Source: an uncultured Actinomycetota bacterium
GTDB lineage: Bacteria; Actinomycetota; Actinomycetes; CAVWCF01
Direction of reading: 5' to 3'
Length of the DNA: 64,000 nucleotides
NCBI GenBank assembly: GCA_963753435.1
Contig: CAVWCF010000001.1
Coordinates: forward strand, 1,056,001-1,120,000
Positions 34,580-46,128 of this stretch are shown one piece after another (the first letter of the stretch is position 1; each line of letters opens with the position of its first letter). Under the pieces are notes generated by a model. It made no database searches and was not told where the DNA came from. It saw only the letters and a program-made list of their open reading frames with translations. The position numbers were made by a program, and so were the translations under genes.

Positions 34580-35246
34580 TCGGACTTGGCGGTTTCCTCG
34601 GACTCGTCAGACTCGTCGGCTTCCTCAGCCGCGTGGCTTCCTCGGCCTCGTCGGCTTCCTCAGCCGCGTCGGAGTCAGCAGCCTCGTCGGAGTCGGCAGT
34701 CTCGGCCTCATCTGCCACTGCGGACTCCGCGGCTTCGTCGGCCGCATCCGCCTCGGCGTCAGCCGCAACCGTCTCCTCCGCGGCGGCCTCGTCGGCAGCA
34801 ACCACAGCCGGCTCAGCCTTCTTCTTGCGGTCCTTGGCGGACCGCTTCGTGGCAGCTTCGGCCTCACCGACCGCGGCCTGCTGAACCGTGAGGGCCTCGA
34901 CCAACTCGATCACGGCCATGGAGGCACCGTCACCGGCGCGCTGACCGGTCTTGACGATCCGGGTGTAGCCGCCGGGGCGGTTCTCGTAGCGTGGGCCGAT
35001 CTCGGTGAAGAGCTCGTGAACCACGGACTTGTCGCGGATGACCGAAGCAACCTGGCGACGCGCATGCAGGTCGCCACGCTTGGCCTTGCTGATGAGCTTC
35101 TCCGCGAACGGGCGCAGCTTGCGGGCCTTGGCCTCGGTCGTCGTGATCCGGCCGTTCTCGAACAGCGCTGTGGCCAGGTTGGCCAACATCAACCGTTGAT
35201 GCGCCGGGCTGCCGCCGAGGCGGGGTCCCTTGCTGGGCTTGGGCAT
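34569..35246 (-). CDS. rplQ: 50S ribosomal protein L17 with acidic tail (apparent 1-bp deletion near 34635)
   Basis: [29 protein letters not shown]; long A/E/D-rich extension. Confidence 0.96.
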   Translation of the reverse strand: MPKPSKGPRLGGSPAHQRLMLANLATALFENGRITTTEAKARKLRPFAEKLISKAKRGDLHARRQVASVIRDKSVVHELFTEIGPRYENRPGGYTRIVKTGQRAGDGASMAVIELVEALTVQQAAVGEAEAATKRSAKDRKKKAEPAVVAADEAAAEETVAADAEADAADEAAESAVADEAETADSDEAADSDAAEEADEAEEATRLRKPTSLTSPRKPPSPSEC

Positions 35247-35276
35247 GAGTTCAGGTCTCCTGGTTTCTTAAAGCCG

Positions 35277-36293
35277 TCAGAGCTGCTCGGACTCGGCGTA
35301 GTCGCCGTCGTCGTCCGCACCGAAGCTGGTGACCGCCAGGCCCGGGTCGAACCCGGCCGGGCTGTCCTTGAGCGCGAGACCGAGGCCGGCCAACTTCTCC
35401 TTGACCTCGTCGATCGACTTCTGGCCGAAGTTGCGGATGTCCATGAGGTCGGCCTCGCTGCGGGCAACCAGGTCGCCCACCGTGTGCACGCCCTCGCGCT
35501 TGAGGCAGTTGTACGAGCGGACGGTCATGTCCAGGTCCTCGATCGGCAGCGCCAGGTCGGCGGCCAACTGCGCGTCCAGGGCGGTCGGGCCGAGCTCGAT
35601 GCCCTCAGCACCCAGGTTCAGGCCGTGCAGCAGACCGAAGAGCTCGACCAGAGTCCGGCCGGCCGACGCGACCGCGTCGCGCGGCAGCATGGACGCCTTG
35701 GTTTCCACCTCGACGACCAGTCGGTCGAAGTCGGTGCGCTGCTCGACACGGGTGGCCTCGACCTTGTAGGTCACGCGGGCCACCGGGGAGTAGATCGAGT
35801 CGACCAGGATGCGACCGATTTCCTGCTCGGCCTGCTTGTTCTGGGCCGCGGGAACGTAGCCACGGCCGCGCTCAACGGTGAGCTCGATCTCCAAGCGGCC
35901 CTTGTCGTTCAGCGTCGCCAGGTGCAGGTCGGGGTTGTGCACCTCCACACCAGCCGGCGGGGCGATGTCAGCCGCGGTCACCGGACCGGGGCCCTGCTTG
36001 CGCAGGTAGAGCACCACGGGCTCGTCGTGCTCGCTGGAAACCACGAGCTCCTTGATGTTCAGGACGAGGTCGACCACGTCCTCCTTGACACCAGGGACGG
36101 TGGAGAACTCGTGCAGCACGCCGTCGACGCGGATCGACGTGACCGCGGCGCCGGGGATGGACGACAGCAGCGTGCGACGCAGCGAGTTGCCGAGCGTGTA
36201 CCCGAAACCGGGCTCCAGCGGCTCGATGATGAACCGGGAACGGTTCTCGCTGATGGGCTCTTCGATGAGCGTGGGGCGTTGGGCGATGAGCAA
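35277..36293 (-). CDS. rpoA: RNA polymerase alpha subunit
   Basis: [43 protein letters not shown]; TTG start with GGAGG SD. Confidence 0.98.
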   Translation of the reverse strand: MLIAQRPTLIEEPISENRSRFIIEPLEPGFGYTLGNSLRRTLLSSIPGAAVTSIRVDGVLHEFSTVPGVKEDVVDLVLNIKELVVSSEHDEPVVLYLRKQGPGPVTAADIAPPAGVEVHNPDLHLATLNDKGRLEIELTVERGRGYVPAAQNKQAEQEIGRILVDSIYSPVARVTYKVEATRVEQRTDFDRLVVEVETKASMLPRDAVASAGRTLVELFGLLHGLNLGAEGIELGPTALDAQLAADLALPIEDLDMTVRSYNCLKREGVHTVGDLVARSEADLMDIRNFGQKSIDEVKEKLAGLGLALKDSPAGFDPGLAVTSFGADDDGDYAESEQL

Positions 36294-36397
36294 GGTTCTG
36301 CCTCCAGTCTCGGGCGACCGCTATTTGACGCCCGTATGGGGTCGGCCCCGAAGGGCCTCCTGGCGGCGGGATCGGCCCACCGCCAGGGATTCGAGGA

Positions 36398-37024
36398 CTA
36401 CTTGGAGTAGAGCTCGACGATCAGTTGCTCGGTCACCTGGGTGTCGATGACCTCACGGGTCGGCAAGTTGTGCACGAGGATGCGCATCCGGTTGGGGATG
36501 ACCTCCAGCCAGGCCGGAACCGTCTTCTCGCCGGCCTCGGCGCGAGCGACCACGAACGGCGTCATGTCCCAGCTCTTCTGCCGGACCTCGACGATGTCGT
36601 GCGGCCGCACCCGGTACGACGGGATGTCGACCTTCTTGCCGTTGACGGTGATGTGGCCGTGGCGCACCAGTTGGCGGGCCATGTCGCGCGACTTGGCGAA
36701 GCCGGCTCGGTACACGACGTTGTCCAGGCGCGACTCCAGGATGACCAGGAGGTTCTCACCGGTCTTGCCGGGACGCCGCTGGGCTTCTTCGTAGTAGCCG
36801 CGGAACTGCTTCTCCAGCACGCCGTAGATGCGGGCGGCCTTCTGCTTCTCCCGCTTCTGCAGCAGGTATTCGCTCTCCTTGACCCGGCCACGGCCGTGCT
36901 GACCCGGCGGGTAGGGGCGGATCTCAATGGGGCACTTCGGCGAGTCGCACTTGCTGCCCTTGAGGTACAGCTTGACCTTCTCGCGGCGGCAGCGCTTGCA
37001 GTCTGCTCCGGTGTAACGAGCCAT
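36398..37024 (-). CDS. rpsD: 30S ribosomal protein S4 (Cys/Zn-motif type)
   Basis: MARYTG..CKRCRRE, PPGQHG, LESRLDN, IVELYSK. Confidence 0.98.
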   Translation of the reverse strand: MARYTGADCKRCRREKVKLYLKGSKCDSPKCPIEIRPYPPGQHGRGRVKESEYLLQKREKQKAARIYGVLEKQFRGYYEEAQRRPGKTGENLLVILESRLDNVVYRAGFAKSRDMARQLVRHGHITVNGKKVDIPSYRVRPHDIVEVRQKSWDMTPFVVARAEAGEKTVPAWLEVIPNRMRILVHNLPTREVIDTQVTEQLIVELYSK

Positions 37025-37040
37025 CGTTCTTCCTCCCGCC

Positions 37041-37439
37041 TCAGACCCGGCGCCGCTTGGGCGGACGGCAGCCGTTGTGCGGCTGCGGGGTCACATCTGC
37101 GATCGAGCCCACCTCCAGGCCGGTGGCCTGTAGCGAGCGGATCGCGGTCTCGCGGCCCGAACCCGGGCCCTTCACGAAAACGTCCACCTTGCGCATGCCG
37201 TGCTCCATGGCGCGACGTGCGGCGGCCTCAGCAGTCATCTGCGCCGCGAACGGCGTGGACTTGCGGGAGCCCTTGAAGCCGACCTGTCCGGCCGACGCCC
37301 ACGAGATCACGTTGCCGACGGGGTCGGTGATCGTGACGATCGTGTTGTTGAACGTGCTCTTGATGTGAGCGTGGCCGTGGGCCACGTTCTTCTTCTCCTT
37401 GCGGCGCACCTTCTTCGCGCCGGGTGTCTTTGGTGGCAT
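37041..37439 (-). CDS. rpsK: 30S ribosomal protein S11
   Basis: [32 protein letters not shown]. Confidence 0.98.
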   Translation of the reverse strand: MPPKTPGAKKVRRKEKKNVAHGHAHIKSTFNNTIVTITDPVGNVISWASAGQVGFKGSRKSTPFAAQMTAEAAARRAMEHGMRKVDVFVKGPGSGRETAIRSLQATGLEVGSIADVTPQPHNGCRPPKRRRV

Positions 37440-37486
37440 CTGTTCTCACGTACTCCTGAGTTCTGGGGAATCCCGTCGGACGGGGA

Positions 37487-37864
37487 CTACTTGGTCGGCT
37501 TCTTCTTGCCGGCAATTGCCCGACGGGGGCCCTTGCGCGTGCGGGCGTTGGTGTGGGTGCGCTGGCCACGAACCGGGAGGCCCTTGCGGTGCCGGATCCC
37601 CTGGTAGGTGCCGATCTCCACCTTGCGGCGGATGTCCGCGGCCACCTCGCGCCGCAGGTCACCCTCAACCTGGTACTTCTCCTCGATGTGATCGCGGAGC
37701 TTCACCAGGTCGTCGTCGCCCAGGTCCGCGGCGCGCATGTCCGGGCTGATGCCCGTAGCCGCCAAGGTCTCCTGGGCGCGGGAACGCCCGATGCCATAGA
37801 TGTACGTGAGCGCTACCTCGAGCCGCTTGTCGCGGGGGAGGTCGACGCCGAGCAGTCGTGCCAT
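37487..37864 (-). CDS. rpsM: 30S ribosomal protein S13
   Basis: [27 protein letters not shown]. Confidence 0.98.
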   Translation of the reverse strand: MARLLGVDLPRDKRLEVALTYIYGIGRSRAQETLAATGISPDMRAADLGDDDLVKLRDHIEEKYQVEGDLRREVAADIRRKVEIGTYQGIRHRKGLPVRGQRTHTNARTRKGPRRAIAGKKKPTK

Positions 37865-38012
37865 GCGGGCCGTTGTTCCTTTCCTAAGCGGAGGTCTCGC
37901 TCAGCACCGGTCCTGCCGGCCAGGCAGGTCCTCGGCCTCCGACCGAGGGTTTCGTCCGGCGCTCCGGCACGCGGAGCGCTGGGGACGGGTGCTGCGCCAT
38001 TTCGTTGTCGAG

Positions 38013-38126
38013 TCAGCCTTGCCGCTGCTTGTGGCGGGCGTTCTCGCAGATGACCATGACCCGTCCGTGCCGGCGGATCACCTTGCACTTGTCGCAGATC
38101 TTCTTGACGCTGGGTTGAACCTTCAT
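38013..38126 (-). CDS. rpmJ: 50S ribosomal protein L36 (absent from the supplied ORF track)
   Basis: Manual translation [37 protein letters not shown]. Confidence 0.97.
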   Translation of the reverse strand: MKVQPSVKKICDKCKVIRRHGRVMVICENARHKQRQG

Positions 38127-38181
38127 CACACGCTCCGGACACCGGCTTGAAAGGCGCCACGGCGCCCACAGCATTGGACTG

Positions 38182-38403
38182 TCACTTGTATCGGTAAACG
38201 ATGCGCCCGCGGGTGAGGTCGTACGGGCTGAGCTCCACCACCACGCGGTCCTCGGGGAGGATCCGGATGTAGTGCTGGCGCATCTTCCCGCTGATGTGCG
38301 CGAGAACCTTGTGCCCGTTGGCGAGTTCTACCCGGAACATGGCGTTCGGGAGGGACTCCACGACCGTGCCTTCCAGCTCGATGGCACCGTCTTTCTTGGG
38401 CAT
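38182..38403 (-). CDS. infA: translation initiation factor IF-1
   Basis: [28 protein letters not shown]. Confidence 0.98.
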   Translation of the reverse strand: MPKKDGAIELEGTVVESLPNAMFRVELANGHKVLAHISGKMRQHYIRILPEDRVVVELSPYDLTRGRIVYRYK

Positions 38404-38544
38404 TACGGAACTCGTCGTCCTCTCGGGTTTGTCGTCCGGGCGGGTGTGCCCGAACCAGCATCGCCGACCCGTCGAGAGCCAATCCACGCCAAAACCCCAG
38501 CCGCAGGGCGTGACAGATGTGGCAGACCAACGGGCCGAGGAGCA

Positions 38545-38550
38545 AGTCTA
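38545..38550 (-). promoter_or_regulatory. putative -10 (TAGACT) of the infA-rpmJ-alpha operon promoter
   Basis: TANNNT box in the map-infA intergenic region. Confidence 0.45.
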
Positions 38551-38581
38551 CGCAGAACGGCGGCTGAGGGGAAATCCGGTG

Positions 38582-39382
38582 TCAGGCCGCACCGCAGGCC
38601 ACGCCCAGGCCCGCCAGCCGCTGCGCGCCGCCGTCCGGCGCGGTCAGGACCCACGGCCCGGCCTCGGTAATCGCCACGGTGTGCTCGAAGTGGGCCGCGC
38701 GGGAGCTGTCGGCGGTCACCACCGTCCAGTCATCGGCCAGCACCCGGCTGTCGCCGGTCCCTTGCGTGATCATGGGCTCGATGGCGATCACCATGCCGGC
38801 ACGCAATCGCAAGCCCCGGCCCGCCCGGCCCTCGTTCGGCACCGGGGGATCCATGTGCATTTCCGTGCCGATGCCGTGGCCGACGTAGCCGTCCAGGATC
38901 CCGTACTCGCCGGCCGTCGCCACGTGCCCGGAGACCGCCGCACCGATGTCCCCCATGCGCCCACCCACCTGAGCCGCCGCCAAGCCCGCCCAGAGGGCAC
39001 CCTCGGTGGCGGCCATGAGGGCTGCGTCTGCCGCCGTGGGCTCCCCCACGGTGACCGTGAACGCGGCGTCGCCGTGCCAGCCGTCCACGATCGCGCCGCA
39101 GTCCACGCTGACGATGTCGCCTTGGTCCAACACCCGGGGCCCCGGGATGCCGTGCACGACCTCTTCGTTGACCGATACGCAGATGGTCGCCGGGTAGCCG
39201 AGGTAGCCGAGGAATGAGGGGGTCGCACCGGCCCGGCGGATCACGCCGGCCGCCACGGCGTCCAGGTCCGCGGTGGTGGCGCCGGCGGCGACGGTTTCCC
39301 GAACCGCGGCCAGGGCCTCGGCGACTACCAGGCCCGCGGATCGCATCCTGCGGATCTGGTCGGCGGACTTGAGCTGGATCAC
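38582..39382 (-). CDS. map: type I methionine aminopeptidase
   Basis: [36 protein letters not shown]. Confidence 0.97.
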   Translation of the reverse strand: MIQLKSADQIRRMRSAGLVVAEALAAVRETVAAGATTADLDAVAAGVIRRAGATPSFLGYLGYPATICVSVNEEVVHGIPGPRVLDQGDIVSVDCGAIVDGWHGDAAFTVTVGEPTAADAALMAATEGALWAGLAAAQVGGRMGDIGAAVSGHVATAGEYGILDGYVGHGIGTEMHMDPPVPNEGRAGRGLRLRAGMVIAIEPMITQGTGDSRVLADDWTVVTADSSRAAHFEHTVAITEAGPWVLTAPDGGAQRLAGLGVACGAA

Positions 39383-39957
39383 GCCTCGCCGACAGCGGTG
39401 TCGATTACCGCAACGACGCGCTCGGTGACCTCGTCGATGCTGCCGAGCCCGTCGACGGCGACCAGCAGGCCACGCTCGGAGTAGACATCGACCAGCGGTG
39501 CGGTCTGCTCGTTGTAGACGACCAGCCGTCGACGGATGATCTCTTCGGTGTCGTCACTGCGGCCCTGCTCGGCCGCTCGCAGCGTCAGTCGCGCTACCAG
39601 CTCCTCGGTGTCCGCGGTCAACTGCACGACCACGTCCAACTCGGCGTTGTGGCGCTTGAGCATGCGCTCCAACTCGTCCACCTGGGCCAAGGTGCGCGGG
39701 TAGCCGTCCAGCAGGAAGCCGGGTTCGGCGTCGGGCTCGTCGAGTCTGGCCTCGACCATCTCGTTGGTGATCTCGTCGGGCACGTACTCGCCGGCGTTCA
39801 GGTACCCCTGGGCGGTGCGCCCCAGTTCAGTCCCCTCGGCGACATTGCGCCGGAAGATGTCTCCGGTTGAAACCGCGGGGATGCCGTAGCGGCCGGCGAT
39901 TCGGGCAGCCTGCGTCCCCTTGCCCGCACCAGGCGGGCCCATGAGGACGATGCGCAC
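39379..39957 (-). CDS. adk: adenylate kinase (short LID)
   Basis: [28 protein letters not shown]. Confidence 0.97.
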   Translation of the reverse strand: MRIVLMGPPGAGKGTQAARIAGRYGIPAVSTGDIFRRNVAEGTELGRTAQGYLNAGEYVPDEITNEMVEARLDEPDAEPGFLLDGYPRTLAQVDELERMLKRHNAELDVVVQLTADTEELVARLTLRAAEQGRSDDTEEIIRRRLVVYNEQTAPLVDVYSERGLLVAVDGLGSIDEVTERVVAVIDTAVGEA

Positions 39958-39982
39958 GCGTACTCCTCTTCTTCCTGGCGGA

Positions 39983-41278
39983 TTAGCGCAGGAAACCTTC
40001 GTAGTTGCGCTGCTGCAACTGGCTCTCGATCTGCTTCACGGTGTCGAGGCCGACGCCGACCATGATCAGGATCGATGTGCCGCCGAAGGGGAAGTTCTGG
40101 CTGGCGTTGATGAGGCCGAAGGCGACGATCGGGATCACCGCGATCACGCCGAGGTACAAGGCACCGGCCGCCGTCAACCGGGAGAGCACGTACTCCAGGT
40201 ACTCAGCAGTGGGCCGTCCTGGTCGGATCCCGGGGATGAAGCCGCCGTACTTCTTCATGTTGTCGGCGACCTCGGTCGGGTTGAACGTGATCGCGACGTA
40301 GAAGTACGTGAAGAAGACGATGAGGGCGAAGTAGATCGCCACGTACAGGGCGTTGTCGGTGTTGACGAAGTAGCGCTGCAGCCACTGCGACCAGCCCGAC
40401 TCGGTGCCGGCTATCTGCACCAGCAGGCTGGGTAGGTACAACAGCGACGAACCGAAGATGACCGGGATGACGCCGGCCTGGTTCACCTTGATGGGGATGT
40501 ACGTGGAGGTGCCGCCGTACTGGCGCCGCCCAACCTGACGCTTTGCGTACTGAACCGGGATGCGCCGCTGCGCCTGCTCGACGAAGACCACACCGGCTAC
40601 CAAGGCAAGTCCGACGGCGATGACGACGGCGAAGACCAGCCAGCCGTTGGTCCGGTAGATGGCCCACACCGAACCGGGGAACCCGGCAACGATCGAGGTG
40701 AAGATCAGCAGGGACATCCCGTTGCCGACGCCACGGTCGGTGATGAGTTCGCCCAGCCACATGATTACCGCCGTACCGGCGGTCATGGTGGTGACCATCA
40801 AGGCCAGCACCCAGATGTCGTCAACCGGAACCAGGTCCTCGTTGCAGCCCTGGAACAACTGGCCGGGGGTCTGGGCGATCGCGACCAACGCGGTCGACTG
40901 CAGCACGGCCAGACCGATGGTCAGGTAGCGGGTGTACTGGGTCAATTGCGACTGACCCTCGGAGCCCTCCGCACGCAACGCCTCAAACCGCGGGATCACC
41001 ACGGTGAGCAACTGCACGATGATGCTCGCGGTGATGTACGGCATGATGCCGAGCGCGAAAATCGACAGTTGCAGCAGCGCGCCGCCGCTGAAGAGGTTGA
41101 CCAGGCCGTAGAGGCTGTTGTCCGAGACCTGATCCAGGCAGACCTGGATGGCGCCGAAGTCGACACCCGGAACCGGCATGACCGCGCCAATGCGGAACAG
41201 CGTGATGATGGCCAGGGTGAAGAGCAGCTTGCGCCGGAGGTCCGGCGTGCGGAACGCACGACCGAAAACGCTGAGCAT
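39983..41278 (-). CDS. secY: preprotein translocase subunit SecY
   Basis: [44 protein letters not shown]. Confidence 0.98.
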   Translation of the reverse strand: MLSVFGRAFRTPDLRRKLLFTLAIITLFRIGAVMPVPGVDFGAIQVCLDQVSDNSLYGLVNLFSGGALLQLSIFALGIMPYITASIIVQLLTVVIPRFEALRAEGSEGQSQLTQYTRYLTIGLAVLQSTALVAIAQTPGQLFQGCNEDLVPVDDIWVLALMVTTMTAGTAVIMWLGELITDRGVGNGMSLLIFTSIVAGFPGSVWAIYRTNGWLVFAVVIAVGLALVAGVVFVEQAQRRIPVQYAKRQVGRRQYGGTSTYIPIKVNQAGVIPVIFGSSLLYLPSLLVQIAGTESGWSQWLQRYFVNTDNALYVAIYFALIVFFTYFYVAITFNPTEVADNMKKYGGFIPGIRPGRPTAEYLEYVLSRLTAAGALYLGVIAVIPIVAFGLINASQNFPFGGTSILIMVGVGLDTVKQIESQLQQRNYEGFLR

Positions 41279-41443
41279 GGTGTCGGCTCCTCCAAGCGCT
41301 GCGGTCTTTCGACCTACTCTCCCGGCGGGGCCTTCGGCTGACCGGTCCGGCGAAGCCTAACCGACACCCCTCGCGGCCCCCGCCGGGCCGCTAGGAACGC
41401 CGCGGGGGCAACTGCAGCGCAGCAGCCCCCGGCGACGTAGCCA

Positions 41444-41887
41444 TCAGAGGACGGAGACGGTGCCCCCGGCCCCCTTGATCTTGGTCTCGGCCGCGGCCGA
41501 GAACTTGTGTGCGGACACGGTAAGTGCCACCGATAGGTCCCCGTTGCCGAGAATCTTGACCGGCTCGCCCTTGCGTACCGCACCCTTCGCAACGAGGTCC
41601 TCCGGCGTGACCTCGCCACCGGACGGGTACAGCGCAGCCAGAGTGGCGACGTTGACGACCTGGTACTCGACCCGGAACGGGTTGGTGAACCCGCGGAGTT
41701 TGGGCAGCCGCATGTGCAGCGGCATCTGCCCACCCTCGAAGTTGGCCGGCACGTTCTTACGCGCCCCGGTGCCCTTGGTGCCGCGGCCGGCGGTCTTGCC
41801 GCCCTTGCCCGCTACACCGCGACCGACCCGCTTGCGATCGGACTTGGCGCCCGGCGCGGGACGCAGGTGATGGACCTTGATAGCCAT
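41444..41887 (-). CDS. rplO: 50S ribosomal protein L15
   Basis: [31 protein letters not shown]. Confidence 0.97.
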   Translation of the reverse strand: MAIKVHHLRPAPGAKSDRKRVGRGVAGKGGKTAGRGTKGTGARKNVPANFEGGQMPLHMRLPKLRGFTNPFRVEYQVVNVATLAALYPSGGEVTPEDLVAKGAVRKGEPVKILGNGDLSVALTVSAHKFSAAAETKIKGAGGTVSVL

Positions 41888-41888
41888 T

Positions 41889-42071
41889 TCAGTCAACCTC
41901 CTCGACCGCGACCAGGTGGGAGACGACGTCGACCATCCCCCGCAACTCCGGGCGGTCTTCCTTCACAACGGTGTCGCCGATACGGCGCAGGCCCAGCGAG
42001 CGCATGGTGTCGCGCTGGTTCGGCTTGCCACCGATGACGGACTTCGTCTGCGTGACCTTGAGTCGACCCAT
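41889..42071 (-). CDS. rpmD: 50S ribosomal protein L30
   Basis: [27 protein letters not shown]. Confidence 0.96.
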   Translation of the reverse strand: MGRLKVTQTKSVIGGKPNQRDTMRSLGLRRIGDTVVKEDRPELRGMVDVVSHLVAVEEVD

Positions 42072-42661
42072 CACGAACCTGCCTCGGACATTGCGCGAAG
42101 CAGGCCCTTGGGAGCCACCTCTTCGACCTCCTTGCCGCGGCGCTTGGCCACATCGGCGGCCGACTCCAAGCTCTGCAGGGCGGCCACCGTGGCGTGCACG
42201 ATGTTCAGCGCGTTGTCGCTGCCCAGGGACTTGGTGAGCACGTCGTTGACGCCGGCGCACTCCAGCACGGCACGCACCGGGCCACCGGCGATGATCCCGG
42301 TACCGGGGCTGGCCGGGCGCAGCATGACCACACCGGCGGCCTTCTCGCCCTGAACCGCGTGCGGGATCGTGTTCTGCACCCGCGGCACGGTGAAGAAGTT
42401 CTTGCGAGCCTCCTCGACGCCCTTGGCGATCGCCGCGGGCACCTCCTTGGCCTTGCCGTAGCCGACGCCGACCTTGCCTTCGCCGTCGCCGACGACCACC
42501 AGGGCGGTGAAGCTGAACCGACGTCCGCCCTTAACGACCTTCGAAACGCGGTTGATCGTGACGACCCGCTCCAGGAAGGGGCTCTTCTCCGGAGCCCCGC
42601 CGTCACGACGCCCGTCCCGACGGTCCCGGCGCTCGCCGGATCCTCGAGTATTGGCTGCCAT
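42071..42661 (-). CDS. rpsE: 30S ribosomal protein S5
   Basis: [33 protein letters not shown]. Confidence 0.98.
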   Translation of the reverse strand: MAANTRGSGERRDRRDGRRDGGAPEKSPFLERVVTINRVSKVVKGGRRFSFTALVVVGDGEGKVGVGYGKAKEVPAAIAKGVEEARKNFFTVPRVQNTIPHAVQGEKAAGVVMLRPASPGTGIIAGGPVRAVLECAGVNDVLTKSLGSDNALNIVHATVAALQSLESAADVAKRRGKEVEEVAPKGLLRAMSEAGS

Positions 42662-42686
42662 TAGTTAATTCCTTCTCTCGTGACGG

Positions 42687-43073
42687 TCAGAAGTCCAGGC
42701 CGCCCTCACGGGCGCCTTCTGCTAGAGCCGCTACGCGGCCGTGGTACCGGTTGCCGCCGCGGTCGAACACCACGGCCTCGACACCGGCCTGCTTGGCCCG
42801 CTCGGCGAGGCGCTGCCCCACCTGACGCGCCTTGGCGGTCTTGTCGCCGGATGCGCCGCGGACTTCGTTCTCCATAGTGGAGGCCGACGCCAGCGTGCGA
42901 CCGACGGTGTCGTCCACGACCTGGGCCACCATGTGGCGTGCCGAACGCGTGACCACCAAACGCGGACGCTGGGCGGTGCCGTTGACGCGCTTGCGCACCC
43001 GCAGGTGGCGGCGACGCCGACGCACCTGCGTCAACGGGGCCCCACGGGAGGGGCGACCGATCTGGCTCGCCAT
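42687..43073 (-). CDS. rplR: 50S ribosomal protein L18
   Basis: [28 protein letters not shown]. Confidence 0.97.
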   Translation of the reverse strand: MASQIGRPSRGAPLTQVRRRRRHLRVRKRVNGTAQRPRLVVTRSARHMVAQVVDDTVGRTLASASTMENEVRGASGDKTAKARQVGQRLAERAKQAGVEAVVFDRGGNRYHGRVAALAEGAREGGLDF

Positions 43074-43076
43074 GGC

Positions 43077-43616
43077 TTACTTCCCTGCCTTTCCGACCTT
43101 GCGCTTGACCTGCTCACCCGCGTAGCGAATGCCCTTGCCCTTGTACGGCTCCGGCTTCCTCAGCTTGCGGATGTTCGCGGCCACCTGTCCGACCTGCTGC
43201 TTGTCGATGCCGGACACGCTGAACTTCGTGGGGGACTCGACCGCGAAGTCGATCCCCTCGGGGGCGGTGACGGTGACCGGGTGGCTGAAACCGAGAGCGA
43301 ACTCCAGGTCGCTGCCCTTTGCCTGCACCCGGTAGCCGACTCCGACGATCTCCAGGTCCTTGCGGTACCCGTTGGCGACCCCGGCGATCATGTTGGCGAT
43401 CAGCGTGCGCGTCAAACCGTGCAACGAGCGGGACTCGCGGCCGTCATCGGGCCGGTCCACCACGATCGTGCCGTCCTCGTCCCGGCGCACGGTAAGCGGC
43501 GCCGGCACGGTGTGCTCCAGCGAGCCCTTGGCGCCCTTGACGGTGACCACGTTGCCGTCGAGGGCGACCTCGACGCCGGCGGGCACCGGAATGGGCTGAC
43601 GTCCAATTCGCGACAT
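43077..43616 (-). CDS. rplF: 50S ribosomal protein L6
   Basis: [28 protein letters not shown]. Confidence 0.98.
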   Translation of the reverse strand: MSRIGRQPIPVPAGVEVALDGNVVTVKGAKGSLEHTVPAPLTVRRDEDGTIVVDRPDDGRESRSLHGLTRTLIANMIAGVANGYRKDLEIVGVGYRVQAKGSDLEFALGFSHPVTVTAPEGIDFAVESPTKFSVSGIDKQQVGQVAANIRKLRKPEPYKGKGIRYAGEQVKRKVGKAGK

Positions 43617-43625
43617 TTCCCCGCC

Positions 43626-44030
43626 CTACCAGACGAAGGCGAGGACTTCCCCGCCCACTCCTTGACGGGACGCCTGCCGGTCGGTCAACAGACCGGTGGA
43701 CGTCGAGATGATCGCGATACCGAGACCGCCGAGAACGCGCGGCAGCGAAGTGGACTTCGCGTACACCCGCAGGCCCGGCTTGCTCACGCGGCGCAGCCCG
43801 GCGATGGAACGCTCCCGGCTGGGGCCGTACTTGAGGTCGATCACGAGGGACTGCCCTGGGCCGTCGGTGTTGTCTTCGACGGTCCAGCCGGCGATGTAGC
43901 CCTCGGCCTTCAGGATCTCGGCGATCCGCGTCTTGATCTTGCTCGAGGGCATGCTGACGGTCTCCTTGTACGCCTGATTGGCGTTGCGGATTCGCGTCAG
44001 CATGTCCGCGATCGGGTCGGTCATTGTCAT
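43626..44030 (-). CDS. rpsH: 30S ribosomal protein S8
   Basis: [36 protein letters not shown]. Confidence 0.98.
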   Translation of the reverse strand: MTMTDPIADMLTRIRNANQAYKETVSMPSSKIKTRIAEILKAEGYIAGWTVEDNTDGPGQSLVIDLKYGPSRERSIAGLRRVSKPGLRVYAKSTSLPRVLGGLGIAIISTSTGLLTDRQASRQGVGGEVLAFVW

Positions 44031-44091
44031 GGCCGCATCTGGCCTTCCTCGCCGTGGTATCCGGAACTACCCGGACCTGCGACGTCGTTGT

Positions 44092-44277
44092 TCACCAACT
44101 GCTCTTAGTCACTCCGGGCAACTGCCCTGCGTGGGCCATCTCGCGCAGACACACGCGGCACAGCCCGAACTTGCGGTACACCGAGTGCGGGCGACCGCAC
44201 TTGTTGCACCGGGTATACGCGCGCACCGCGAACTTGGGCTTGCGCTTGGCCTTGTTGATCAGCGCCTTCTTGGCCAT
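44092..44277 (-). CDS. rpsN: 30S ribosomal protein S14, Zn-binding (type Z)
   Basis: 61 aa; [25 protein letters not shown]. Confidence 0.97.
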   Translation of the reverse strand: MAKKALINKAKRKPKFAVRAYTRCNKCGRPHSVYRKFGLCRVCLREMAHAGQLPGVTKSSW

Positions 44278-44852
44278 CAGTTCTCCTTGAAGGGGAAGCC
44301 GAGCAACTTCAGCAGCGCCCGTCCCTCGTCGTCGTTGGTGGCCGAGGTGACCACCGTGATGTCCATCCCACGAACCCGGTCGATGGAGTCCATGTCGATC
44401 TCGTGGAACATCGATTGCTCGTTGAGACCGAACGTGTAGTTGCCGTTGCCGTCGAACTGGCGCGGTGACAACCCGCGGAAGTCGCGGATACGCGGCAGCG
44501 CGATGCTCAGCAACCGGTCCAGGAACTCCCACATCCGGTCGCCACGCAGCGTCACGTGGGCGCCGATCGGCTGACCCTCACGCAGCTTGAACTGCGCGAT
44601 GGACTTGCGGGCCCGCGTGGTCGCCGGCTTCTGGCCGGTGATCGTGGCGAGGTCCTTGATTGCGCCCTCGATCAACTTGGAGTCGCGGGCCGCATCGCCC
44701 ACACCCATGTTGACGACCACCTTGGTCACGCCCGGAACCTGCATGACGTTGGCGTAGCCGAACTCCTCGCGCAGGGCGTCCACGATCTCCTCGCGGTAAC
44801 GCAGCTTCAGGCGCGGGGCCACGGCAGTGTCGGTGGCGGCGGTGCCGGCCAT
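44277..44852 (-). CDS. rplE: 50S ribosomal protein L5
   Basis: [31 protein letters not shown]. Confidence 0.98.
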   Translation of the reverse strand: MAGTAATDTAVAPRLKLRYREEIVDALREEFGYANVMQVPGVTKVVVNMGVGDAARDSKLIEGAIKDLATITGQKPATTRARKSIAQFKLREGQPIGAHVTLRGDRMWEFLDRLLSIALPRIRDFRGLSPRQFDGNGNYTFGLNEQSMFHEIDMDSIDRVRGMDITVVTSATNDDEGRALLKLLGFPFKEN

Positions 44853-45196
44853 CAGATCTCCTCCCCGGTCGCCTTGGCGATGCGCTTCTTGGTGCCGTCC
44901 TCGGCGACCTCGACACCCACGCGGGTGCCGATGTCCTTGCCGTCCTTGGTGACCAGCGGCATGACGTTGGAGGCGTCGATCGGCGCCTCCACGTGCACGA
45001 GGCCACCGGTGCGCGAACGACCAGAGAAGTTGGACTGGCTCTGACCCTCCGCGACGTGCTTGGTCACGCGGTTGATGCCCTCGACGATCACCTTGTTGGT
45101 CTCGGGGATGGCGGCCAGAACCCGACCGTGCAGCCCCTTGTCGCGCCCGGCGATGACGACGACCTCGTCGCCCTTCTTAATCCGCATGCGCGCCAT
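44852..45196 (-). CDS. rplX: 50S ribosomal protein L24
   Basis: [25 protein letters not shown]. Confidence 0.96.
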   Translation of the reverse strand: MARMRIKKGDEVVVIAGRDKGLHGRVLAAIPETNKVIVEGINRVTKHVAEGQSQSNFSGRSRTGGLVHVEAPIDASNVMPLVTKDGKDIGTRVGVEVAEDGTKKRIAKATGEEI

Positions 45197-45564
45197 CAGA
45201 GCACCTCCGGTGCCAGCGAGATGATCTTCATGAACTTCTTGTCGCGCAGTTCGCGGCCAACCGGCCCGAAGATGCGCGTACCCCGCGGCTCGTTGTCGTT
45301 CTTCAAGATCACTGCGGCGTTCTCATCGAAGCGGATGTAGGAACCGTCGGGACGACGGCGCTCCTTGGCAGTGCGGACCACAACGGCCTTCACTACCTCT
45401 CCGCGCTTCACCGAGCCACCGGGGATCGCGTCCTTGACGGTCGCGACGATCACATCGCCCACGCCCGCGTAACGGCGACCCGAACCGCCGAGAACCCGGA
45501 TGCACAAGATCTCCTTGGCACCGGTGTTGTCGGCGACTCGTAGTCGCGACTCCTGCTGGATCAC
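45196..45564 (-). CDS. rplN: 50S ribosomal protein L14
   Basis: [32 protein letters not shown]; GTG start with AGGAG SD. Confidence 0.98.
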   Translation of the reverse strand: MIQQESRLRVADNTGAKEILCIRVLGGSGRRYAGVGDVIVATVKDAIPGGSVKRGEVVKAVVVRTAKERRRPDGSYIRFDENAAVILKNDNEPRGTRIFGPVGRELRDKKFMKIISLAPEVL

Positions 45565-45622
45565 GTCATCTCCTAAACGTCTGCCGGTTCTCGCGTCGCG
45601 CGAGCCTGGCGGAACGAGTCCT

Positions 45623-45895
45623 TTACTTGGCCTTCTCGAGGATCTCCACGACCCGCCAGCGCTTGGTGGCTGACAGCGGTCGGGTCTCCATGACCAGCAC
45701 GCGGTCGCCGACACCGGCCGAGTTGGCCTCGTCGTGCGCCTTGAGCTTGCTGGTGCGCCGCACGACCTTGCCGTACAGCGGGTGCTTGAAGCGGTCCTCA
45801 ACGGCGACGACGACGGTCTTGTCCGTCTTGTCGCTGACGACGTACCCCTCGCGTGTCTTGCGGAAACCGCGGGTTGTCTCGGTCGCGTTGCTCAT
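45623..45895 (-). CDS. rpsQ: 30S ribosomal protein S17
   Basis: [26 protein letters not shown]. Confidence 0.97.
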   Translation of the reverse strand: MSNATETTRGFRKTREGYVVSDKTDKTVVVAVEDRFKHPLYGKVVRRTSKLKAHDEANSAGVGDRVLVMETRPLSATKRWRVVEILEKAK

Positions 45896-46128
45896 GCGGC
45901 GCCCTCCGCGCTCTCGACGGTGGTGATGCCGAGCTCACGCTCGCGCAGCACGGTGTAGATGCGAGCGATCTCTTTGCGAACCGCGTTCAGACGCCCGTGG
46001 TTCTCCAACTGACCGGTCGCGGCCTGGAAGCGCAGGTTGAACAGCTCCTCCTTGGCCTCTTTCAGCTTGGCGATGAGTTCATCGTCCTCGAGGCTGCGTA
46101 GGTCCTGGGCCTTGGTAGTGGCGGCCAT
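45892..46128 (-). CDS. rpmC: 50S ribosomal protein L29
   Basis: [25 protein letters not shown]. Confidence 0.97.
   Translation of the reverse strand: MAATTKAQDLRSLEDDELIAKLKEAKEELFNLRFQAATGQLENHGRLNAVRKEIARIYTVLRERELGITTVESAEGAA

Noticed and set aside
36398-44277. Zn-motif forms of S4, L36 and S14
   Set aside because: These Cys-containing forms are the ordinary operon-encoded versions in many actinobacteria.
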